A stretch of 64,000 nt of DNA from Vicugna vicugna (Eukaryota), in assembly GCA_013265495.1 (NCBI GenBank), contig MU058198.1, positions 3,546,419 to 3,610,418 on the forward strand, written 5' to 3'. Below the pieces are notes generated by a model. That model was not told the DNA's origin and made no database searches. It saw only the letters and a program-made list of their open reading frames with translations. The translations under genes and the position numbers were made by a program. Below are positions 25,590 to 36,000 of the stretch, in pieces; position 1 is the first letter of the stretch, and every line of letters starts with the position of its first letter.

Positions 25590-26161
25590 CCCCTGATGCT
25601 AGTCTTAACGTCACTGTGGTCCATTTACCGCTGCTATTTTGTAGTTAATCAGAAATCGTTTGGGAAATTCACCAGTAGCTTCATCATAACAAACATGAAA
25701 TGGTAACAATAGTAGTGGCAGCAGTGGAGGCTAGTGATTAAGATAGCACTTACTCAGTGCCAAGCACTGTCCTAAGCCTTTTCCCCTGCAGTAACTCATT
25801 GTCCTGTGAGGTTCAGGCACTATTATAAAAGGTTCCCATTGCACAGATGGGGAGGCTGAGACAGAGCAGTTGGGGCAGGGAGCTCACGCAGCTGACCTCT
25901 GGCTAGTACTTAAAACTGAAGTTGTCTGGCTCCAGACAATCACTCTTCAGCAGCATTTTCTGCAGAGTAGTGATAATGGCTGTCATCTTGTGATGCGGAT
26001 GTGCCCAGAAACTGGACTTTAAGTTTTACTTGTTTTATTTCTAAACCCTTCCTCTCACTCAGAGGGTTGTGGTGGAGAGCACTGATTTTGTTTTCCTCTT
26101 TAGGAGAAAGATACGTGGCCCTGTGATTTTGTGAGTAGGGGCAGGAAGAGAACCTTAGCTC

Positions 26162-26232
26162 TGTGTGTGTGTGTGTGCGCGCGTGCGCGTGTATGTGTCA
26201 GAGAGAGAGAGAGACTGAGTGTGAGAGAGAGA
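26162..26232. repeat. Compound (TG)/(CG)/(GA) microsatellite
   Basis: Directly visible. Confidence 0.9.
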
Positions 26233-26849
26233 TGGAGATTCTGCTGCTTTCAGTCCTGATTTTCCCCTGTGTGTTTGAACGGGTCTGCTCTGTCCATCTG
26301 GGCATTAGTATTGACATTTCATTTCTCTCCCATGAGCGCGAAGATTCTCAAAGGTTGGTCAGAGCACAAACAGGCAGAGGCCTCAATTTTGAGAGTTCAG
26401 AAACACAGCACCTGAATTAACCATCAAGCTCATGCCTGGGGACTATAAGAGGCTGGGTTGTTTCTGGCTTAGATCTTGCAGGTGGCTGGCAGGGGAAACC
26501 AGTTCACAAGCAAGGTACAGACAGTGGGGCTTGGACTGGGATGAGGAGAGAATTCCTCCTGCATATTCACTGCGCTGTAGCTTCACGATGCCGAAATCTG
26601 CTTGTCGTGTTCTTGGCTGCATCCCCTAGGCCTGGAGCTGTGCTGGGTGCATAGTAGGCACATGTATATTGACTGACTGAACAAGTGGTTCATTTCCTGT
26701 TCTCATTTGTCCTTAGAACTCAGCACTTCTGCCATTCGCTTGTCTGTGTTCTGTGGAGGGTCAGATACCCTTGCAAATCAGAAGCCCCATGAGGGCAGGA
26801 GTGTGTCGGTCTTGTTCACCACCTACGTGACATGACAGGCCTGGCTGGC

Positions 26850-27100
26850 GATGAAGGCTGTGGACTCTGGAGTCAGATTATCTGGGTTCGAATCCCAGGT
26901 TTTCTGCTTATCAGCTGTGCGATCTTCATTAGTTACTGAGCCTCTCTGTGCCTCAGTTTACACATGTGTACAAAAGGGATATTAGTAGCATCTATCTCAT
27001 GGGGTTGTTGAGATAATTAAGTGAGTTAATAGTGGTTAAAGTGCTTAGAGGAGTGCCTGGCATGTGGTAAGTTTTTCATAAATATCGATTATTATTGTTT
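26850..27100 (+). mobile_element. MIR SINE, near full length
   Basis: gactctggagtcaga...ctgggttcgaatccc...cctctctgtgcctcagttt...gtgcttagaggagtgcctggcatgtggtaag. Confidence 0.88.
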
Positions 27101-27706
27101 GTGCTCCAAAAAATGTTTGGGATATAAAGTTTGGGGGATCTTGACATAAAATGCACTTTCTGACTTTAAGTGATAAAACCTCCCCCTAAGAAAGAGGCAA
27201 GGACAGATGGAGATGAGATCCTTAAAACCAGGCTGTTTAAGAGATGCGGCATTTTATTTTTCCATGGTCCCTTGGAAAAGGCTAGTTTCTAGCATGCCTG
27301 ATGTTTCTTTTCTTCACTGTTTTCTACATTTGTTGCTTTGTATTGGGCCTGTTTTTTTTTTTTTTTTCCCAAAAGCACAACTCGGAATCCTGCTTGCTAG
27401 CTTGCTGCCTGGGTGTGGGACTGAGCAGAGCGCTTCCATTTACAGAAGCAGCCAGCTCTGGAATGCAGCCGCGGGGCTGCCAGGCTGACTCTGAGGGCAA
27501 GAGCTGGCCAGGAATGCACTTTGCAGCCTCGCGTCCATGGAACTTCTCCTTTCTTATTCATTTGTGTCAGTTTTAAAAATAAAAGCAAAACATACACCTG
27601 ATTATAATTCCGAACAGTGCAATATATTTCCACGCACAGAAGCGTGAAGGAAGCCTCCTTCCTCTCCCAAATGCTTCATCCCCCCCACCTCCCTGCACCT
27701 CCCAAG

Positions 27707-27900
27707 TAGGGTCGCCTAGTTAGCAGGATGCACAGTGAAGCCTGAAGTTTGCATAAACATTGAATAATTTTTTTTTTAGTCTAAGTATGTCCCAGATATG
27801 GCAGAGGACAAACTTATACTACAAAATTATCCATTGTTTCTATGAAATTCAAATTTAACTGGCTGTCCTGTATTTTTACTTGCCAAATTTGACAACCCAG
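27707..27900. mobile_element. MER53 palindromic hAT MITE
   Basis: TIR-like ends tagggtcgcc and gacaacccag. Internal ttttagtctaagtatgtccc...ggacaaacttatactacaaaa self-complementarity. Confidence 0.8.
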
Positions 27901-28199
27901 AGCCTCCCCTGGGTTATCAGTTTCCTGTTTCCTTCTAGAAATTTTCCAAGCTTGTGCAACCCATGCGTACATTGACGGCCTCACTCTTGGGGGAATCTCC
28001 AGCACCTAGAACAGTGTCTGGCACATTGTAGGAGCTTAATAAAAACTGGTCGAATGAAGGACTGAAATGCACCCACCCGTTTTCCTTTACGCAACTGGAA
28101 ATACAATACCGTTTCACATATTGCTTTTCTTCATGGGTTTGCGATCTTATGGGATTGATAGATGGAACCGCTTCATTTATTTTTAAGAGTTTCCTAGTG

Positions 28200-29090
28200 T
28201 TCCCGTTGATGAATACTGTGGTCCCTTGACAGCGGCCATATGGGCATTGTTGAAAGTCTTCTGCTATTATAATCAATACGGTAATGAACGGTCCTCTCTG
28301 TAGTTACCTGTGTGGGTTGGATACGTGTGCAAAGATAGATGTAGCGTTGGGATCACTTGGGCGAAGGGTATGTGCTTTAAAATGTGGGCTGATGCTTCTG
28401 CATTTCTTTCCATGGTGGGTGTGTTTGCACTTCCATCAGACAGATTGTCCCTGGATCCTTACCAGCACAGAATACTCTCAGAGTTTTTCATTTTGCCAAC
28501 CTGACCAGTGAAAAACTGTTTTCTCACTGTCTCCTTAATTTGCCTTTGTTTTCGTCTGAGAACCTTTTAATGTTTGAAAGCACTTTGTATTTCTTTCTGT
28601 GAACTGTCTCTTGTCTTTTGTCTGTTTTTTACTTCCTCATTGATTTTAACAGGTTTTTGTTCATTAAAGAACCGGTCTCTTAGCCTGATGTATGTTTTAT
28701 ATATAATAGTATAGTATATAAAGTTGATTTTCTAACTTTGAAAACATAGGTTTATTACGGAATTTTTTATTCTGTGGATATTTAAACATTCTTAGCTAGT
28801 CAGATTTATGAATCTTTTCTTTCATGTATCCTACATTTTGTGTCTTGCTTAGAAAGGACCCCCCTCAATGAGATTTCTGAGCAATTCCCCCATATTTTCT
28901 TTTACTACTTTAACTTTTTTTTTTGCATTTAAATCTTTAATCCATCTGGAATTTATTTTGGTTTTAGGAGGGAGGTGAGGATCTAGCTTTATTTTCTACC
29001 AGATGGCCAGCCAGTTGTCCCAATACCATTTATTGGATAATCCATCGCTTGCCACAGAATTGAAATGCCGCCTTTATCATATATTAAATT
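28200..29090 (-). mobile_element. Old L1 (L1M) fragment
   Basis: tttaaatctttaatccatctggaatttattttgg...gccagttgtcccaataccatttattg is antisense L1 ORF2. Confidence 0.75.
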
Positions 29091-29369
29091 GTGGAGGACG
29101 GATTTTGTACTCATTTTCTGAAAGTCTCTGGAGTCAGCTTGACAGCAAGGATTTTTAGAAGGTTTCAGCCGAGGAGAGGCAGAGGCCGTGACGTCAAGGA
29201 GGATGTGGAGCCAAGGCCAGCCGCGAGTCAGCCAGAAACTCTGTGTGCAGGAGCCGCTGGCAGCCTGGGCAGCGGGAGGCGGGGTGAGTTCCCAGTGGTG
29301 GGCGGGGTTCAGCTAGAGTAAGATTTCTCCACCTTGGCACTATTGACATTTTGGGTTGAATAAGTCTTT

Positions 29370-29578
29370 TCTTTTTTTTTTTTAAATTGAAGTATAGTCA
29401 GTTTACAATGTTGTGTCAATTTCTAGTGTACAGCATAATAGTTCAGTCATACATATACATATATATTTGTTTTCATATTCTTTTTCATTATGGGTTATTA
29501 CAAGATTAAACATAGTTCCCTGTGCTACGCAGTATAAACTTGTTGTTTATCTGTTTTATGTATGTATATATATATATA
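29370..29578 (-). mobile_element. L1 3' end fragment
   Basis: Poly-T then attgaagtatagtcagtttacaatgttgtgtcaatttctagtgtacagc. Confidence 0.88.
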
Positions 29579-30601
29579 TTTTTTTGAAATATAGTCAGTT
29601 TACAATATTGTGTCAGTTTCTGGTGTACAGCACAATGCTTCAGTCATACATGAACATACATATATTAATTTTCCTATTCTTTTTCACCATAAGTTACTAC
29701 AAGATATTGAATATAGTTCCCTGTGCTCTACAGTATGAACTTGTTGTTTATTTTATATATATTAGTATCTGCAAATGCCAAACTCCCAATTTATCCCTTC
29801 CCACCCTCATTCCCGCCGATAACCATAAGTTTGTTTTCCATGTCTGTGAGTTCGTTTCTGTTTTGTAAATAAGTTAATTTGTCTTTTTTTTTTTTTTAGA
29901 TTCCACATATATGTGATATCTTATGGTATTTTTCTTTCTCTTTCTGGCTTACTTCATTTAGAATGACAATCTCCAGGTCTATCCATGTTGCTGCAAATGG
30001 CATTAGTTTCTTCTTTTTTATGGCTGAGTAGTTTTCCATTGTATAAATATACCATGGCTTCTTTATCCAGTCATCTGTCGATGGACATCAAGGTTGTTTC
30101 CATGTCTTGTCTATTGTAAATAGTGCTGCTATGAACATTGGGGTGCAGGTGTCATTTTGAAGTAGGGTTCCTTCTGGATATATGCCCAGGAGTGGGATTG
30201 CTGGATCATAGGCTAAGTCTATTTTTAGTCTTTTGAGGAATCACCATACTGTTTTCCATAGTGGCTGCACCAAACTACATTCCCACCAGCAGTGTAAGAG
30301 GATTCTCTTTTCTCCACACCTTCTCCAGAATTTATCATGTGTTGACTTCTTTTTTTTTTTTCATTTGTGGACTTTTTAAAGATGGCCATTCTGACTGGTG
30401 TGAGGTGATACCTCACTGTAGTTTTGACTTGCATTTCTCTGATAGCGATATTGAGCATTTTTTTCATATGCCTATTGGCCATTTGTATGGCTTCATTTGA
30501 GAATTGCTTGTTTAGATGTTTTTCTCATTCTTGAATTGGGTTGTTTGCTTTTTTAAAAATTATTAAGTTGTATGAACTGTGTATACATTCTGGAAATTAT
30601 T
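29579..30601 (-). mobile_element. 5'-truncated L1, ~1 kb
   Basis: Second L1 3' end continuing into the ORF2 C-terminus (ORF 30225-30482 reads [20 protein letters not shown]). Confidence 0.92.
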
Positions 30602-31931
30602 GGCTGAACAAGTTTTTATTGGGGGCTGTCCTGTGTGTTGTAGAATGTGTACTAGCATTCTTGGCCTCTACCCACTGGAGACCAGTAGTAACCCTTTCCC
30701 AAGTTATGATAATCAAAAATGTCTCCAGACACTGCCAAAATGTCCCAGATTGTCTCTGGTTGAGAACCACTGCTTTATCTGATCTGGGTTGTGCAGACTT
30801 GATTAGATGCACGTCTAGCCCTTTCTTGTCCTGAGATTCTGCCATTCACGGTATCAAGGGCACCAGCCATCTAGGAGCCAGGAAGGGAGGTGCCTTTCTG
30901 TCTCAGAGACCAGAGACCCCAGATTTGGTGTGAGAGTGGGGTCTGTGGGGGTGGGTAGGAGCCGACCAGCCGTCTCTGGGAGGAACGAAGTTCAAAACCC
31001 AGGCCCTGCAGAGAATCTCTCCAGACTTCCTGAGTCCCAGCCTGAGGCTTTTCCCCTGCCAGGTGCATCCCCAGGCAAAGGGCCTCACCTGACCATGCCC
31101 CCAGGAGCAGTGACTCTGAAACTTGAGGCGGCAGAAGTTTTGTGATTTGAAGGTGGGTCAGTTTATTGTCTTAGGAGTAACCGGGTCCTGTGGGCTTGCC
31201 TTTGGGGGCATCCCGGAAGCACGTGTGTTTGGGAGGTTGAAGAGGCTAGGGTGGCAGGTGGGGAGAGAAATTCCATATTTAACAGGTAGGTGTGGGAGTG
31301 AGAGCAAAGAGGAGGGAGAAGTGGGTGAAATCCCTGGGGTCTGGGAGAAGGAAGAAACTCAGAGGGGAACTGGCTAGGGTGTGAACAGTGGCTCCGGAGA
31401 TCAGCCAGCTAGAGGTGGGGCCCACATTACTCAAGACAACTGCAGAGGAGGGACGATTGCTGTTGTGTGGGATGGAGGTGGGTGACAGTGATCTGAAGAA
31501 GGGGCTCCATTGGGGTTTGATAGGCCAGGCAGAGAGTGTGGGGAGGGTGGTTTTGGCAGATGAACAGCTTTTGCAGAGTCAGTGTGTTGGACCAACACAC
31601 ACCCTCGCCAGGTGTGGCTCCAGCACAGGAGGTAGCTTCTGATGGGAGACAGAGAGCCAGACTCAGAATGCCTTGTTAAGGGGTTTGGGTTTCCTTTTAT
31701 TTCAAAACACCCCTCACCTACTCAATATAGAAAAGCCATGGGATGAAGTTGTGCAAACAGAAGAGGTTGAAGACCAGCACAGTATCCCCCCCGCCCCGGA
31801 CCACCCCCATTCCCCCTGCATGGCGTTAGGATGCTCACCCCATGCCCACTAGAATATACATTCCTCCCAGGGCAGGGGTTTGTTTTGTTTTATGCAGAGT
31901 GCCTAAAACAGTGCCTGGCACACAATTGACT

Positions 31932-32023
31932 TTTTTTTTTTTTTTGACTGAAGTATAGTCAGTTACAACGTGTCAGTTTCTGGTGTGCAGCATAATGTCC
32001 CAGGCACACATATACATGCATAT
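31932..32023 (-). mobile_element. Short L1 3' end inserted in an L2 tail
   Basis: Poly-T plus gaagtatagtcagttacaacgtgtc. TSD acacaatt(g/a)act at 31920-31931 and 32024-32035. Confidence 0.87.
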
Positions 32024-32264
32024 ACACAATTAACTCTTAATACGTACTTGGGGTATTTGGGGGATGAACAAATCCAGACTAGACCCCACGTCAGTTGTTC
32101 TTCTCTCCTCATGGCTCATGATCTGCTTTCCGTGTTAATAGCTCCCTTTCTGTGACTGGGGTTTTCCATGGTGTGAACTACTGTTTTGTGCCGATGGGCC
32201 TTATTTCACTCGACCAGGTCCTCCTGCCGTTTAAGGTTTTTTCCCCACATTTCTCTGTTACAAG

Positions 32265-32530
32265 TGCCTTGGTCTGTTCAGGGTGGTATACCACAGACAG
32301 GGTGACAACCAACCAAAATTTGTTTCTCACAGTTCCGGAGGTTGGAAGTCTGAGATCAGGGGGCCAGCGTGGTGAGGGCTCTCTTCCTGGCTCATAGACG
32401 GCCGTCTTCTCATGTGGCAAGAGCAGAGAGAGAGAGAGGAGGCAAGCTCTCCGGGGTCTCTTCTCGTAAGGGTACCGATCCCATTCGTGGGGGCTCGACC
32501 CTCACGATCTAATTATCTTCCAAAGACTCC
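32265..32530. mobile_element. MaLR LTR (MLT1A-like) fragment
   Basis: aatttgtttctcacagttccggaggttggaagtctgagatcag...ccctcacgatctaattatcttccaaag. Confidence 0.8.
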
Positions 32531-32939
32531 CACCCCCTTTCCATTTAAAAAACACTTTAAGTTAAAAAGTAAGTCAATTTAAAGAAAAATATGAAAGTTT
32601 TGCAAGTGCTGTGTGGGTGTGATGGATATCATGACTCTGGGGTGCAGTGATGTGACGGTGGGGACTCACCTGGACACGACCCCCTCCATGCACTGTTTTC
32701 CACCTGTCTCTCCAGCCTACTGTCCTTCCAGTCCCTGGAGCCTCACTGCAGCCAAACTAGTTTTCTCATTGTCCCCAGGAAGCTCTCCTTCCTCGTAGAC
32801 GCTGCCTTTCGCCCTGTCCTGGGATATGATCCACCCCCTTCTCAGAAATCACCTTTTGCTTGGAATCTACAGTTTAACCCTTTATCACGTTTTCCCCCTT
32901 ATTTCTCACTGAGGGCGAGTCTGTTTCTCTAGATGATGA

Positions 32940-33045
32940 TTTTTTTTGAATTGAAGTATAGTCAGTTTACGAGGTGCGTCAATTTCTGGTGTGCGGCGTA
33001 ATGTTTCAGACACCCATACACCTGCATATATTCCTTTTCACATTC
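32940..33045 (-). mobile_element. Short L1 3' end
   Basis: tttttgaattgaagtatagtcagtttac...caatttctggtgtgc; TSD unclear. Confidence 0.8.
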
Positions 33046-36000
33046 TGTGGTGAGTATTTGCTCTCCACTGTAAGCTCTTGACGACAAGGTCTACACTTGA
33101 GTGGTCCGTGGTTCCCCGTAACAGCACAGCCTTGCCCAGTAGGTGCTTAAAAGACACTTGCTGAAACTGACCTCCCTTGGAGCACCCTCCTCAGCCTGGA
33201 CCCAGCCCCAGTGTTTGCTCTCACCCTATTTGTGTTACTTTTGGCCTGTAGTTTACCCTTCAGTTAGCTTCTTTCCAGCTGTTTGGGTGTTTTAGCCAGA
33301 GGTCTTCACGTCCCAGGAGAGAGAGGGAGGGGTGTTGTGTGAGTTAACCTTTTTTGGTTGCAAGAAACAGAAACCAACTCGAGTCAGCTAACACTCGAAG
33401 GGGAATCTAGCACAAGAATGCAGGGACGTGACTGGGGTCCGAGAGGCTGGTCCGCCTGTCTGAAGGGAAGGAAGAGAACTGGGAACTGGAAGACCGTTGA
33501 GACCTCCATCTCTCATTTCTACCCCTCATCTATTCATCATTCTCGCCTCCTCGCTTCTCTTGTCTCGCACTCCGCACAATTGTTGGAGGGTGATGTCCCA
33601 TAGCTGTGTCAGTCCTTCCCCTGGAAACTCAGCCTCTGTTCTAAAGTCTGCAAAAGAATCTGATTGGCCTCGCTTAGTCCTGGTGGCCAGTGGACAGGAG
33701 CGCCGGGGGAGGGTCATATAACAGCAGTACTGTGGGGGAGGGAGGCAGTCCAGGTGGGGTCCCTGGGAGCCGAGCCCTCGGTGGTGTCTGTTATTGGGCG
33801 CAGAGGCAGATCTGGAGCTGTGAGCCTTCCCGAGGCTCTGTCTTCCTGAGGCTTTGGGGAAGTCATTTGTGAGTGTGGGAGAAGTGTGTGATGTGACAAA
33901 AACAGTTCACATCAGACTTACTAACCTTGAAAACTCTGGACTGAGATATCTTAGGAGAGGGAGGAGGAATCACGGGCTCCATGGGGGAAGGATTGGGGCA
34001 TCTATTGGAACCTCCCGGCTCCTTCTCTTGTCATTGATCTCAGAATTCCTGCTCAGGTGATTTTTGGCTTTGGGCAACCGGGACTGCAAAGGACACATTG
34101 TTTCCTGCCTCTGGGGGCTGTTGTCACTCTTCTGGGTTTCCTAAGTTTAAGTTGTGCCCTCTTTGTGCCACCTTCCTGGGGGCAGAGGTTGGCCCACCCT
34201 CCATTCCTGTCATGGGGCTGAGCGTGCTTCCTGGCCTGTGGAAATATACCCAAGCCTTCAAGTCTCAGTTGCTTAATCCATGCAATGGGGCAAATACAGC
34301 TTACTGTTGGCATTTGTGAATTTGGTAATTGTAGTTCCCACTCTCATTAGCTACGCAGAAGATCCTTGGCACAGGGTCACAGGTCCTCATCTTAAAGCTT
34401 TGGTTTGAATTGGATGCTTGGCAAGATTTAGAAGAAGCAGAATGATGCTTGTGACCAAGATTGTGGGCTATAAAGGGAGACTCGCTTGCAGGTCTGAGTG
34501 CTGCCACGTAGCTGGGCATCTCCGGGCAGATTATTTAACTTCTCTGTGGCTCTTTTTCTTTACGCATGAATGAGGATGGTAATAGTACCTACCTCACAGG
34601 ATGGGTACTTTGGGAGGTTTCAGTGAGTTAAGACGCGTACAGCCATTAGAACAGTAAGCCACAATGCATGTCGGCCACAGCCCCGGTGCCTGGTTGGTTT
34701 CACTTGTTCAGGTGATGCCTGGCCTCTAGGGGAAGGGGAAGGGGGCCGCCTGTGACGCCCTCCTCATGGCCCAGTCCAGCTCTGCCATGGACTGTGCTGG
34801 GGGTGCCCGCTAAGCCTGGACTTTTGAGCATACATTTTCCTCGAGAACCATTTAACAGGAAAAGTGGGGGTCAGGCAGGCCAGATGTTTGGGGGCCCTGA
34901 TTGCTTTATTTTTCTCAATCTTTGTTTGCCTTTAAGAAAACTGAAGGGGGCCCTGAAGCCCCCCGGGTGGCCCTTCTCTGGTGGTGACTGTTTGCATTGC
35001 CTTAGGAAACAGCAGGTGCAACTGGCAACTTCTTTCCCCACCCCCAGCATGTTAGCCCCGATCTCTGGGGACTCCTTAGACTAATGCAGTTTTAATGAAT
35101 ACACATTACTGTTTACATGGCTGAAATGAGAGCCCGGCTGCTTTTTTGATGTTGACGTTTACAGCTCTGCTTTTAAAAATCTTGCCTCCCTGACTCTGCT
35201 TCTGGCCAAGGGAGGAGATGTTTCCTGGAGGCCCTTCTGCCTTCCCTCCAAATAAGGTGTATGCCATGAGGTCCTGCGGTGTTGGTGTCGGAACCCCTGC
35301 CTTGCCTAAGAAGGAGCTGTGTGTGTGTGTGTGTGTAGAACCAAAGTGTAAAGATGGATTTGTCTTTTTTTTTCAATTCACAAAAGTTAAAAAATTCTCA
35401 AATGCTTGCCTATTATGGAACAATTAGAAAATGAAGACGCACTAGGAGAAGAAGATAAAAAATCACCCGTAATTCTACTACGCGGGGAAAAAGCAGTTAC
35501 TAACATTTTGGTGTATCTTCTCGCCGATTTTAATCAACATTTATATGCATTGTAAGTTAAAATGAGAAACCAAAAATTAAAACACACTATTCTGAAATCT
35601 GCTTTTCATCCCCTGCAATTAATGTAATATGAACATCTTTCCAAGGCAGTGGAATGTTTCCTCAGGAATCATTATCTCCTATTATATGGCTGTATCTGTG
35701 ATCTCTTTTTGAGAAGGTTTAAATTAGATTAAATTTCAAATAGTTATATACATTCACTAGTTCAAAATTGAAAAGGTACAACAAGGTTTACCTTGAAAAG
35801 TCTCTCTCCCACCCTTGGTCCTTGATCACTCAGTTTATCTATAGCAACCAATACTACCAGTCTCTTGTGTGTACTCCTGGAAGTAGTCCCTATTATACAT
35901 GCAAATCATAAACATTTATTTTCTGTCCGCAAAACACACACATTCAAAGTTAACTTACCTTGCTTTTTAAACTTAATATACCTTGGAGTTTGTCCCATAT

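Larger units (their letters stand above)
29319..30772. mobile_element. MER20 split by tandem L1 inserts
   Basis: Left part accttggcactattgacattttggg; right part from 30602 ggggctgtcctgtgtgttgtagaatg...ggttgagaaccactg. Confidence 0.85.

Noticed and set aside
30225..30482. ORF resembling the L1 ORF2 C-terminus (also 55052-55297, 57354-57665)
   Set aside because: These are fragments of dead L1 copies, not genes.
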